Shown: positions 11,379 to 21,114 of the stretch, piece by piece
How positions within the stretch are numbered: position 1 is the first letter of the stretch
Layout of the letters: every line of letters begins with the position of its first letter
Source: an uncultured Alphaproteobacteria bacterium
GTDB taxonomy: Bacteria > Pseudomonadota > Alphaproteobacteria > Rickettsiales > JALZUV01
NCBI GenBank assembly: GCA_963837025.1
Contig: CAWILT010000002.1
Coordinates: 124,737-188,736, forward strand
DNA length: 64,000 nt
Reading direction: 5' to 3'
The notes under the pieces: model-generated
Database searches by the model: none
What the model saw: the letters and a program-made list of their open reading frames with translations, nothing else
Told to the model about the DNA's origin: nothing
Made by a program: the position numbers and the translations under genes

Positions 11379-12595
11379 TGCCCTTACCTAAATCACCCCT
11401 CGCCCCTGAAAAAATTGCTGAGCTGCCCCCCATTGCGGGCTGTCGTATGTCAGCCATGGCTAGTGGTATTCGCTATTCGGGTAAATTAGATTTGCTGATG
11501 ATGGCATTTGAAGAAGGCACCCAAGTGGCAGGATCCTACACCAAATCATTAACCGCCGCAGCACCCGTTTTGCGCAGCAAACAACATATGCAAGGCGGCT
11601 ATGCGCGAGGGCTTATCGTTAATTCAGGCAATTCAAATGCTTTTACCGGACAAATGGGTGAAATGGCTGTAACGCAAACTCTAGCCACAACGGCGCAATT
11701 ATTAAAATGCGAAATGGAGGAGTGCTTTGTTGCATCAACAGGCGTTATTGGTGAGCCCCTGCCTTACGAGAAAATTTTGGAGGCATTACCTCAAAATTTT
11801 GCTCAATTAAGCCATAATAAATGGGCTGAAGCAGCACAAGCCATTTGTACAACGGATACTTTTCCTAAAATGGCTACGCGAACTGTTCAAATAGGCTCTC
11901 AGACGGTAACATTGAATGGAATTGCCAAAGGCAGTGGCATGATTGCTCCTGATATGGCCACGATGTTAGCCTTTATCGTTACCGATGCATCCATCAATGC
12001 AGCTGAACTGCAAACTTTAACACAAAATGCGGTAGAAACTTCCTTCAACGCTATTACGGTTGATTCTGATACCTCAACCAGTGATATGGTGCTATGTTTT
12101 GCCACCAACCAATCGGCTGACATAAAGGGTGAGTCTTTATTAGAATTTGCAGATGCTTTAAATTCTATCATGTTGGAGTTGGCTCAGCTAATTGTGCGCG
12201 ATGGCGAAGGGGCACAAAAATTCTTTACCGTGCGTGTTGAAGGCGCCGCTAGCGATGCTGAAGCGAAAATTATTGGCTTATCGATTGCCAATTCACCATT
12301 AGTGAAAACCGCGATTGCAGGCGAGGATGCGAATTGGGGGCGCGTGGTCATGGCGGTAGGCAAGTCGGGCGCACAAGCCAATCGCGACAAGTTAGAAATT
12401 AGCTTTGGCCAACACCAGCTAACCCAAAATGGTCAGCGCCATCCAGATTATAATGAGGCGATTGTTTCTGATTATATGACAAACCGTGAATTACTGATTA
12501 AAGTGAATGTCGGCATTGGTGATGGGCAATTTACCGTTTATAGCTGTGATTTGACTAATGGGTATATCGCCATCAATGCGGATTATCGCACCTAG
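11378..12595 (+). CDS. argJ: Bifunctional glutamate N-acetyltransferase / amino-acid acetyltransferase
   Basis: STGVIGE, TTDTFPK, KGSGMIAPDMATML, DGEGA, DANWGR and YIAINADYRT motifs. Confidence 0.97.
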   Translation: MPLPKSPLAPEKIAELPPIAGCRMSAMASGIRYSGKLDLLMMAFEEGTQVAGSYTKSLTAAAPVLRSKQHMQGGYARGLIVNSGNSNAFTGQMGEMAVTQTLATTAQLLKCEMEECFVASTGVIGEPLPYEKILEALPQNFAQLSHNKWAEAAQAICTTDTFPKMATRTVQIGSQTVTLNGIAKGSGMIAPDMATMLAFIVTDASINAAELQTLTQNAVETSFNAITVDSDTSTSDMVLCFATNQSADIKGESLLEFADALNSIMLELAQLIVRDGEGAQKFFTVRVEGAASDAEAKIIGLSIANSPLVKTAIAGEDANWGRVVMAVGKSGAQANRDKLEISFGQHQLTQNGQRHPDYNEAIVSDYMTNRELLIKVNVGIGDGQFTVYSCDLTNGYIAINADYRT

Positions 12596-12629
12596 GTCTT
12601 TACGTTTTATTTGATTCTGCTACACCCTT

Positions 12630-13130
12630 ATGATGCGGTTTATATATCTAGTAGTGTTTTTAATGGTAAGTAGTGCCTGCGGCTTCACACCTGTGCATCA
12701 ACAACAAAATTCGTCGCAAACAAATACTCAGTTGCAAATGATACAAGTAGATGTGGTTAACACAGACCGCTTGGGCCAGCTCTATCAGATAGCCTTAGAA
12801 AATGCATTGCATCCCGATAATGATTTTCCAGAACCGACTTACCGATTAAACACCTCGTTAACCCAATTAAAACAAGCGCTGGTAATTGAGCGTGATGCCA
12901 GTATAACGCGCTTTAATATTATCCTAGACGCCACTTATCAGCTAAGCCATATCGAAACGGGTGAAACTTTGGTTAATAAACGCTTACAGCGTATTACAAG
13001 CTATAATGTTTCCGAATCTGATTTCGGTACGTTTGTGGCTGAAAAAGAGGCCTTGGAGAGGGGCGTAAAAGAATTGGCTCGCACGATATCAATGGAACTG
13101 ATCACCACATTACAAAATCATTCTGAATGA
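12630..13130 (+). CDS. lptE: LPS assembly lipoprotein LptE
   Basis: Lipobox SACGF-TP; directly upstream of holA. Confidence 0.85.
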   Translation: MMRFIYLVVFLMVSSACGFTPVHQQQNSSQTNTQLQMIQVDVVNTDRLGQLYQIALENALHPDNDFPEPTYRLNTSLTQLKQALVIERDASITRFNIILDATYQLSHIETGETLVNKRLQRITSYNVSESDFGTFVAEKEALERGVKELARTISMELITTLQNHSE

Positions 13131-14155
13131 AAATTACACCTGCACAGCAACAGCGTTTTATCTCTGCACCGGGCGCAGCTAAGGCTTTCCTCATTTACGG
13201 CCCTGATGAAGGTCAATCGCGCTCAATAGCAAAGCAACTAACACAACATTTTTTAGGGAAAATTTTTGATTCAATCAACTTGACTGAGTTAGAGGCTGAT
13301 ACCTTATCTGACGACCCAGCCCTGTTAATGGATGCACTCAATAGCTATAGTTTATTAGGAGGAAATAGGGTGATTGTAGTCCGACATGCAAATGCAGCAA
13401 TAGCGGACATTATTGAATCTGCATTAGATGTTGATTCACCGCCTATTTGGCCTCTCATTATTACTGCCGGAGATTTAAAACCAGCTTCAAAGTTACGCAA
13501 ATTTTTTGAATCCAGTAAATCTTATGCTGCAATTGCTTGCTATAAAGATGATGCTAAGAAAGTTACTCAAATACTGGCTGAGAGCTTTAAAGAACGAAAT
13601 ATTATATGTGAATCAGGTGTTATTGCCTATTTAGCAGAATCATTAGGCAATGACCGCGCGATAACGTTGCAAGAGATAGAAAAAATTGATCTTTATCTCG
13701 GAGAAGACCGTAAATTGACTATGCAAATCGCTGAATTGATTGCTGGTGACAACGGTGATCACACAATGGAAGACTTATTTCACGCCGTTTGTACCGGTTC
13801 AAATAACCTCGAAGATACCCTGTCACGCTGTTTTATAGAGAATATTCAACCGATAGCTATTTACCGTCGTTTTTCACCGCATCTACAAAAACTTTTAAGT
13901 ATTAAACTAATGGCTGCACAAGGCATGGCATTAAAGGCTGTATTTATGCGTCATGGGGTATTTTTTAAACAAGAACCTCTTATTAGCAAGCAAATCACCT
14001 GCTGGAACGATGCTAGTTTGAAGCGCGCGATACAGGCAATTTTAGAAGCTGAAGAATCAGCTAAATTTGAAGCAATTGATTCTGAATTATATTGTAGAAA
14101 TTTACTTTTTAAATTAGCGAGTTATGCATCAAGCACACGTAGGCTCAGAGCGTAA
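13127..14155 (+). CDS. holA: DNA polymerase III delta subunit
   Basis: LIYGPDEG, SLLGG, SKLRKFFE, ACY and EIEKIDLY motifs of alphaproteobacterial HolA. Confidence 0.92.
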   Translation: MKITPAQQQRFISAPGAAKAFLIYGPDEGQSRSIAKQLTQHFLGKIFDSINLTELEADTLSDDPALLMDALNSYSLLGGNRVIVVRHANAAIADIIESALDVDSPPIWPLIITAGDLKPASKLRKFFESSKSYAAIACYKDDAKKVTQILAESFKERNIICESGVIAYLAESLGNDRAITLQEIEKIDLYLGEDRKLTMQIAELIAGDNGDHTMEDLFHAVCTGSNNLEDTLSRCFIENIQPIAIYRRFSPHLQKLLSIKLMAAQGMALKAVFMRHGVFFKQEPLISKQITCWNDASLKRAIQAILEAEESAKFEAIDSELYCRNLLFKLASYASSTRRLRA

Positions 14156-15905
14156 CTGCTGAGTTTTTATAAAGCTTGCTAAATAAACCATTTTGTTTTT
14201 GCAATTCCGTATGCGTGCCCGACTCTTTAATACGGCCTTTATCTAATACATATATCTTATCAACATGGGCAATCGTGGATAATCGATGGGCAACAATGAC
14301 ACAAGTGCGCCCTTTCATTAAACGATTGATTGCTTCCTGAACTAATGACTCAGACTGTGTATCAAGAGCACTCGTTGCTTCATCAAGCAATAATATAGGT
14401 GCATTTTTTAATAATGCGCGGGCGATGGCGATTCGCTGTCGTTGGCCACCCGATAATTTAACTCCTCTAGGCCCAATACGCGTTTGATATCCATGCTCCA
14501 TTTGCATGATAAATTCATGTGCGGCCGCATCCTTTGCGGCTTCTATTATTTTATTCTCATCTGCATGTGGTAAACCATAACCAATATTTGCCGCTACTGT
14601 ATCATCGAATAAAACCGTTTCTTGGCTAACAATCGCTATATTTTGCCGCAAACTGCTTTGTGTTACATCTGCGATATTGACATCATCAATTAAAATCTCT
14701 CCCGATTGGGGGCTATAGAAACGAAGCAATAAATTTACCAAAGTTGATTTGCCACCCCCAGAAGGCCCCACCAATGCCACCGAACTGCCAGAGGGAATAT
14801 GAATGGAAATATTCCCTACTCCGCCTTTGTTGTTATCATAATGAAAGTCAACATTTTTGAGCTCTATAACACCCTTACTCACTATCAAGTCGTGTGCGTT
14901 TGGCGCATCCACAATGGTGGGCGCTGTATCAAGCACTGAAAATAATCGGCTCGCAGCCGCCATGCCCTCTTGCAATTGAGTGTTCATGCTTGCAAGCGCT
15001 TTCGCAGGGCGATAGGCCATGATAAGCGCCGTAATAAAACTGAAGAACATACCTGGAGATGTAGTGCCATCCATTACTTGTTTGCCACCCCACGCGATAA
15101 TACCCGCAATAACTAAGCCTGTAAAAAGCTCCATTAGTGGCGAGGCTGCCGATTGCACACGCGCTGCTTTGGCATAAAGCTGATAGAGCATTTCAATGAT
15201 TGTGTTAGCATGTCCAATCTCACGCTCTTCTTGCGCGTAAGATTTAACAAGGCGCACACCAGCGAATGTTTCATCAAGCCTACCCGCAAACTCACTTAAA
15301 TTTCGCTGTGTTTGGCTTGATATTTTACGCATGCGTTTACCAAGTCGAATAATAGGCCAAATAGTAATCGGAAAAATAATAACGGCAATTGCAGCCAGTT
15401 CCCAGCTTTGATACACCATAACGCCCACTAAAAAAATAAGCGTAAGCACTTCCTTAATTAAGCTTGTAAACATTGTAGAGACAGACTGGCGCATAATATA
15501 AATATCATTTGTAAAACGTGATATGAGCCGGCCTGAGGATGATTGCGCAAACAAACCGATATCGGCATGGATTAAATGGCGATAAAGCTGCTGCTGCATC
15601 GTCGCTAATATGCGCTGACCCATTAACTGAAGAATTAAATTCTGCCCATAAGTGGCAAGAGCTTTAACCGTAAAGATAATTAAAATCGCAATGGGAATAT
15701 AAACAAGCATGGAACGATCTTTTTTCAAAAAGATATCGTCTAGTACAGGCTGCATCAGCCAAGCGTTTGCAGCCGTTGTCACCGCTACCAACACCATCAA
15801 AAAACCTGCAATAAGCATTTTTTTCTTATAATGGATTAAATAGTTTGTATAGAGACGCTTTACGAGCGTGCGGCCATCGGTTATTTCATTTTTTTCAAAA
15901 GGCAT
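14145..15905 (-). CDS. msbA: MsbA-like ABC exporter (TMD+NBD)
   Basis: N-terminal TM domain; GPSGGGKST, LSGGQRQRIAIARA and LLLDEATSALD motifs. Confidence 0.85.
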   Translation of the reverse strand: MPFEKNEITDGRTLVKRLYTNYLIHYKKKMLIAGFLMVLVAVTTAANAWLMQPVLDDIFLKKDRSMLVYIPIAILIIFTVKALATYGQNLILQLMGQRILATMQQQLYRHLIHADIGLFAQSSSGRLISRFTNDIYIMRQSVSTMFTSLIKEVLTLIFLVGVMVYQSWELAAIAVIIFPITIWPIIRLGKRMRKISSQTQRNLSEFAGRLDETFAGVRLVKSYAQEEREIGHANTIIEMLYQLYAKAARVQSAASPLMELFTGLVIAGIIAWGGKQVMDGTTSPGMFFSFITALIMAYRPAKALASMNTQLQEGMAAASRLFSVLDTAPTIVDAPNAHDLIVSKGVIELKNVDFHYDNNKGGVGNISIHIPSGSSVALVGPSGGGKSTLVNLLLRFYSPQSGEILIDDVNIADVTQSSLRQNIAIVSQETVLFDDTVAANIGYGLPHADENKIIEAAKDAAAHEFIMQMEHGYQTRIGPRGVKLSGGQRQRIAIARALLKNAPILLLDEATSALDTQSESLVQEAINRLMKGRTCVIVAHRLSTIAHVDKIYVLDKGRIKESGTHTELQKQNGLFSKLYKNSAVTL

Positions 15906-15948
15906 AGCTACTATAATTACTCATTCTATTAATAATGATATTCATATT

Positions 15949-17274
15949 TTAATTACCCGCAATGGTCATTTGCTCAACCCGTAATGTTGGGCTATTTATG
16001 GCATAATCGAAAGTCGCATCATTAGCCGCCGACAAATTTAGAAACATATCATTTAAATTTCCTGCAATCGTAATTTCGCTAACAGGATATGCAATTTGGC
16101 CTTTTTCTATCCAAAATCCACTCGCACCTTGGCTATAATCTCCTGTTATTAAATTAATTCCCATTCCAAATGTTTCCGTTACATAAAAACCATCATTCAC
16201 ATCAGCAAATAAGCTCTCAAAGCTTAACATCCCGCCTTCAACTCTTACATTGGTACTACTAGGATGTGTTCCGGAGGAAAGCCCTCTTGCCGCACGGTGG
16301 TTTGATTGCATGCCTAATTGGCGCGCCGATCGGCTATCTAATAACCACGTTTGCAACATGCCGTTAGAAATAAGATCCATCGCATGATTCGCACATCCTT
16401 CTGCATCAAACGGACGTGATGCTAAACCCTTCATAACATGCGGATCATCAATAATGGATAAATGTGCTGGGAAAATGAGCTTACCCTGCTTATCTTTTAA
16501 AAAAGACGTGCCGCGTGCAATGGCAGAACCTGAAATAGCACTTAAGAAATTGCCTATCAAACCTCTCGCAACGCGTTTATCGAATATAACGGGTACTCGT
16601 GTTGTTTGTTTTTTTACTGGATTCAATTTTTTTAAAGCTCTAGTCGCTGCCTCATTACCTATTTCTATGCCGCTTTTCAATTGGTTACGGTATCGCGAAA
16701 CGTGGTATGCATAATCTCTTTGCATATTATTTCCCTCACCTACTAATACACTTGCTGAAATATTAAAGCTGGTTTGCGCATAGCTTCCTTCAAATCCATC
16801 GCTTGAAAGGATGGTTAAGCGGCTTTTGTTGAAGCTGGCACTTCCTCCTTCTGAGTTTGTAATGCCTTGATGGCTTAATGCCGTTTCTTCTGCATTTTTA
16901 GCCTGTTCAATAAGCCACGAAACTTCCGGTTCTTCATGATCATCCAATTCCAAATCTAAAATAATATTCGCCAACTCTTTTTTATTTGGCAAGCCACAAA
17001 ATGGGTCAATAGGAGCTAGTTTTGCGATTGAAACCGCTCGTTCCGCAATCTGAGATAAGCTCTCACTGCGTAAATCACTTCCTGAAGCTGACCCTTGCTT
17101 ATTGCCAACAAAAACGCGTAGACCTAACCCACATGTTTCAGCACGCTCTAGATCTTCTAATTTATCATGCCGTATTGTGGTTTGAATACCTGTGGATTCC
17201 GACATTATCACGTCTGCTGAATCAGCACCATTAGCCAATGCTAATTCAATTAATTTATGACCCAGTTTTTCCAT
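15949..17274 (-). CDS. pmbA: Metalloprotease PmbA/TldE
   Basis: SRPFDAEG, GINLITGDYSQGASGFWIEKG and EITIAGNL motifs. Confidence 0.93.
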   Translation of the reverse strand: MEKLGHKLIELALANGADSADVIMSESTGIQTTIRHDKLEDLERAETCGLGLRVFVGNKQGSASGSDLRSESLSQIAERAVSIAKLAPIDPFCGLPNKKELANIILDLELDDHEEPEVSWLIEQAKNAEETALSHQGITNSEGGSASFNKSRLTILSSDGFEGSYAQTSFNISASVLVGEGNNMQRDYAYHVSRYRNQLKSGIEIGNEAATRALKKLNPVKKQTTRVPVIFDKRVARGLIGNFLSAISGSAIARGTSFLKDKQGKLIFPAHLSIIDDPHVMKGLASRPFDAEGCANHAMDLISNGMLQTWLLDSRSARQLGMQSNHRAARGLSSGTHPSSTNVRVEGGMLSFESLFADVNDGFYVTETFGMGINLITGDYSQGASGFWIEKGQIAYPVSEITIAGNLNDMFLNLSAANDATFDYAINSPTLRVEQMTIAGN

Positions 17275-17900
17275 TATAACATCAATTCTTTTATATCAGC
17301 CTCAGACCCACCAAAATGCTGCGTTACCGCACGCAGAAATTTCATCACAGATGCATCATAACTTACAAAATACTGTATATAAAACCGTATAAATGGATTG
17401 GTCGTAACGGTTGTTTCTGTAATTTTAACAAAGGTTTCACTCATTATTCTAACTTCAGACACTTCAAGTGTTTGCGCAGCATCTTTATCTTCATCATTTA
17501 CAGGCTGATCTGATGTAATTTCTGGTTGAGGTGTTTTATCCTGTAACTCAATATCCCACATCGTTTCGTTTGAATAATCTCGCCCGTCAATTTTCCACTG
17601 CAAAATATCATGTTCTAAAGCATAGGTTTGCGTAATGTAAAATGAATCATCTTTTTTCATGATCATTTTCCATTTTTTATCACTGTTATTTGCACCTTTA
17701 GCAACTTCAACACTTCTGAATTTTGGATGCCATTTAGGATAATTTTCATAGTTTGATAATGCATTAAATATAGAAACTTTATCGGATGGAAGCGTAACTC
17801 CACGTACAATCATAATTTTTTCAGGTAGCGATGAGCCGGCGCCATAAATGCCAAGCCCAACTAAAAATAACAAAAATATACTCGTATAAAAAATTCGCAT
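17274..17900 (-). CDS. SRPBCC / polyketide-cyclase-like exported protein
   Basis: N-terminal TM then GSSLPE...IFNALSNYENYPKW..FRSVE, typical of SRPBCC proteins. Confidence 0.65.
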   Translation of the reverse strand: MRIFYTSIFLLFLVGLGIYGAGSSLPEKIMIVRGVTLPSDKVSIFNALSNYENYPKWHPKFRSVEVAKGANNSDKKWKMIMKKDDSFYITQTYALEHDILQWKIDGRDYSNETMWDIELQDKTPQPEITSDQPVNDEDKDAAQTLEVSEVRIMSETFVKITETTVTTNPFIRFYIQYFVSYDASVMKFLRAVTQHFGGSEADIKELML

Positions 17901-17990
17901 ACGCCTTTATACAAAGACTCACTGTAAATGCCACCACGCTTTTCGCTTGACTTACTACCCGACAATGGGCAAAAGGAGCCTTCTTGATAT

Positions 17991-18066
17991 GGGGGATTAG
18001 CTCAGTTGGTAGAGCGCTTGATTTGCATTCAAGAGGTCGCAGGTTCGACTCCTGTATCCTCCACCA
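17991..18066 (+). tRNA. tRNA-Ala(TGC)
   Basis: Acceptor GGGGGAT/ATCCTCC with G3:U70; anticodon arm CTTGA-TTTGCAT-TCAAG; T-loop GGTTCGACTCC; encoded CCA. Confidence 0.98.
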
Positions 18067-18824
18067 TAACTTACCAAAAAACTCTCTAACCCCGTCCAGC
18101 CTCACTCTTAGCGCTAGTCGTGGGGAGTTCGATTTCAGCCTGCTGCGGTGTGTCCAAAGAGGACTAAATTTTCTGATTTTAGCCAAGAATTGGTGCTCAC
18201 GGCCATGCCGTGGAAATTTAATTGAGTTATACGTTGAAAGTGTTTTACTACCGCAATCAAATGGAGGCGAGATGAAAGCTGATGTAAATTCTTATCTAAG
18301 GGCAACAGGTAATGTATGCCATCAATGGTCATATCTAGAATATTTGCTGTCTCAATTAATTTGGCACCTTTTAAAGCTCGACAAAGCGATAGGGATAATT
18401 GTCACCGGGGAAATTGAAATTACGGCCAAGGCAAAAATGGCACTGAAATTATCAAAAGAGCTTTTGACCCATAATGATCTTATTTCTATTTTGGTATTGA
18501 TCTCGAAATTGCAGACGCTTGCCGAAAAAAGAAATAGGGTTGTTCATGGCAGTTTTTCTAGTCATCCAGATTCTGTTTATGCAGCTGTAGAATTACACCG
18601 AGGCAAGAATGCTGGCATACGTGAGCAAATTAGCATAAACGATATAGATTCTGTGGCAGAAGAAATCAATATACTAACTATGTCATTTGCAGTGGTGCTT
18701 GAAAAATATGGCATTAGTACGCATTGACGTTAAAGGAGTCGAACAATTTGCTGGAGCGTTGAATTGCTTCAATAAGTTTGTCCGAAGAGTTCGCATCCGT
18801 TCCATTACCGACCACCTCCACCAT
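18058..18824. mobile_element. Minimal tRNA-Ala-anchored islet/cassette bounded by CCTCCACCAT direct repeats
   Basis: The 10-bp tRNA 3' end at 18058-18067 recurs at 18815-18824, enclosing one cargo gene and no integrase. Confidence 0.6.
18272..18727 (+). CDS. Small HEPN-motif protein (151 aa), putative RNase/defence effector
   Basis: GGAGG RBS at 18263 before ATG 18272; WSYLEYLL N-terminal helix and KRNRVVHG (RxxxxH) motif at 18530-18547. Confidence 0.65.
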   Translation: MKADVNSYLRATGNVCHQWSYLEYLLSQLIWHLLKLDKAIGIIVTGEIEITAKAKMALKLSKELLTHNDLISILVLISKLQTLAEKRNRVVHGSFSSHPDSVYAAVELHRGKNAGIREQISINDIDSVAEEINILTMSFAVVLEKYGISTH

Positions 18825-18911
18825 TTTTCTTCCAAATAAGGCGTGTTTTTATTATTGTAGGCTATTTATGGATTTAATTGGGTGACAATGTAAAAAATCA
18901 TTGTGATGCTT

Positions 18912-19331
18912 TTAAATGCGCCAGCTTTGGGGGTGGCGTTTGTGGGCATCGGCTATGGATTGATAGCGCTGAGTGGCTTGCTGGGTTTCAGATGTACTCG
19001 TTTTAGGGCCAAATAAACTTTGGAAGGTCGCGCCCGCAATGGAGTTGCCCGTAGCTTCTTTAAATACCATATCAGCTGCGGAAATGGCTAATCCGATTGG
19101 CCCGCCGAATAAGGCGCCACTTACGAGTCGCGCTACGGGAGAAACAGGATTATCATCACTTTTGGCAAAATTATTGATAAAGGGTAAATGTTTAAGCGGA
19201 TTAAAAGCGTTAAGCACATCGCTAAATCGAACTGACTCTACAATTTTAGTCTCTTTCTGAGCAGATCGAAAACCTCTAACCTCTGACATAGATTTAGAAA
19301 CGGGTGAGATTGAAGAAGATTCATAAGACAT
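18912..19331 (-). CDS. Conserved alphaproteobacterial hypothetical protein
   Basis: FSDVLNAFNPLKHLPF...SPVARLVSGALFGGPIG..ATG motif resembles a hypothetical family I recall from Rhodospirillales-like genomes. Confidence 0.65.
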   Translation of the reverse strand: MSYESSSISPVSKSMSEVRGFRSAQKETKIVESVRFSDVLNAFNPLKHLPFINNFAKSDDNPVSPVARLVSGALFGGPIGLAISAADMVFKEATGNSIAGATFQSLFGPKTSTSETQQATQRYQSIADAHKRHPQSWRI

Positions 19332-19342
19332 ACCTCTAACTA

Positions 19343-19358
19343 AGCAAGGGTTATGCCA
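19343..19358 (-). promoter_or_regulatory. Sigma54 (-24/-12) promoter
   Basis: Minus strand TGGCATAACCCTTGCT = GG-N10-GC consensus directly upstream of 19331. Confidence 0.75.
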
Positions 19359-19377
19359 GAAATCGATAATTGTTAAA

Positions 19378-19701
19378 TTAAATAAATGAAACTACCTGAT
19401 AAATACCCGAGATGAGTGCAGATAGGCTAAAAATCATCATCCACCCTAACACTTTAAACGTGGAACCATCGCGGCGATTGATAGCTTCACAGAATGTGGG
19501 CAATAAATAATCAAGACAAAATAATATGCCAAAGAATGAAGTAAACCCTAGCATCACCACAAAATCAGCAAATGGATTATGCAAATTTAATAAAAAATTT
19601 GCTGTGCTGCCATAGACAATAAAATGCAGCAAAAAGAAGCCTAAGTTAAGCTGTAATACAGTGTTTGTGTGATGAGTGATTGCAGCAGATTGAGATGGCA
19701 T
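19378..19701 (-). CDS. Hypothetical 3-TM membrane protein
   Basis: ORF 19378..19800; likely ATG at 19701 (MPSQSAA). Three hydrophobic segments. Confidence 0.55.
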   Translation of the reverse strand: MPSQSAAITHHTNTVLQLNLGFFLLHFIVYGSTANFLLNLHNPFADFVVMLGFTSFFGILFCLDYLLPTFCEAINRRDGSTFKVLGWMMIFSLSALISGIYQVVSFI

Positions 19702-19809
19702 TTTTACAGTATATAACTCAAATATTAAAATTTCATGAATATAATAGAGAATAAAGCGATAATTTTGGTTTGCTCTTGCACGAAAGCTGCTTTTTACCAT
19801 AGTAGCGCA

Positions 19810-21114
19810 ATGAGAAAATTTCTGTGTCTATTTGTGATATTCATTGCTTATGCCCATTTTAGCTTAGCTGCAGTAGCACCAGTAATATTGGATAATGGCA
19901 AAAAAATTCTCACCCTGCCGTCAAACCATCTGCCAATGGTTTATGTGCAGCTTACATTCAAGCAAGCTGGCGTTAGCAGTGAATCGCTGGATAAGGCCGG
20001 GTTGACCACACTAGCGGCGGCGATGCTAAAAGAGGGGTCCGGCGAGTTAGATCGCAACGCGTTTCGTAAAGAGATGGAAGATGCTGCGATTGAAATCTCT
20101 GTATCAAGTGGGCAAGAAAACCTAACCTTATCGGCGCAAAGCCTAACTTTACATGCGCCTAAAATGTTTGCACTTTTAACCGCTATGTTGACGAAACCAC
20201 GCTTTGATGCTGTAGCGCTTGAAACCGTGCGCAGCCAAATGCTTTCATCCATGCAAAAAAATAGTGAAAATCCTGCTTGGATGGCTTCAGTAGCCTTTGA
20301 TAAACGCGCCTTTGGCAATCACCGTTATAGCTTGCCGAATGAAGGGGTGCCCCAAAGCGTTAAGGCAATAACCGCACAGGATTTACGCGCATGGCACGCA
20401 CGTTATATTTCATCAGATAATGCAGTTATTAGCGCCGCAGGCGATGTGGAGACCGATGCATTTAAGCATGCGTTAAATCAGTTTATAACGCATCTACCAA
20501 CGCACGAGATAACGTCTGATGCTACGTTAGCGCCTATTGTCCCATCTGAAGAGACACCTATCATAGTTCAACAATCCATTCCGCAAACGGTTGCGATGTT
20601 TGGCTTGCCTGCAGTAGCGCGCAACCATCCCGATTTTTACCCGCTTTATGTGATGGAATATATTTTGGGCGGCGGTGGTTTGACGAGCAGACTATCAAGC
20701 GAGATACGCCAAGAGCGCGGCTTAGCCTACTATGCTTCAACCTCATTTTCGCCGGGAGAATATAGCGCAGCCATTTATGGAAGTTTTGCCACAAAGAATG
20801 TAGATGCGTTGCAAGCTGCGACGTTAGCGAGACAAGTTTTAGCCAATTTCGCAACCAAAGGTGCCACCGCTGATGAACGAAAAAATGCAATTGATTATAT
20901 TACCGGATCATTCCCGCTGGCACTCGACACGCTAGGTGCGCAAGCCAGCTATCTTAATTCAATGCAATTATATAATTTGGGTGATGATTATCTGGAAAAA
21001 CGAAATACTTATTTTCAGAATGTGACGCTCAACGACATTAACCGCGTTGCCGCAAAATACCTTGCCAAACCGCCATTGATGGTGTTGGTAGGGAACCCAA
21101 ATGGAGACACATAA
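19810..21114 (+). CDS. M16B (pitrilysin-family) peptidase, non-catalytic subunit
   Basis: Signal peptide from ATG 19810; LGGGGLTSRL..IRQERGLAY present; HxxEH replaced by TLAAAMLKEG. Confidence 0.88.
   Translation: MRKFLCLFVIFIAYAHFSLAAVAPVILDNGKKILTLPSNHLPMVYVQLTFKQAGVSSESLDKAGLTTLAAAMLKEGSGELDRNAFRKEMEDAAIEISVSSGQENLTLSAQSLTLHAPKMFALLTAMLTKPRFDAVALETVRSQMLSSMQKNSENPAWMASVAFDKRAFGNHRYSLPNEGVPQSVKAITAQDLRAWHARYISSDNAVISAAGDVETDAFKHALNQFITHLPTHEITSDATLAPIVPSEETPIIVQQSIPQTVAMFGLPAVARNHPDFYPLYVMEYILGGGGLTSRLSSEIRQERGLAYYASTSFSPGEYSAAIYGSFATKNVDALQAATLARQVLANFATKGATADERKNAIDYITGSFPLALDTLGAQASYLNSMQLYNLGDDYLEKRNTYFQNVTLNDINRVAAKYLAKPPLMVLVGNPNGDT

Noticed and set aside
17984-18271. N-terminal 96 aa of the 247-aa ORF, and antisense ORF 17821..18186
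   Set aside because: Both read through the tRNA-Ala gene; the real start is ATG 18272 with a GGAGG RBS.
19810-21114. M16 peptidase lacking HxxEH as a pseudogene or novelty
   Set aside because: It is the normal non-catalytic subunit of M16B heterodimers; the partner is probably encoded elsewhere.
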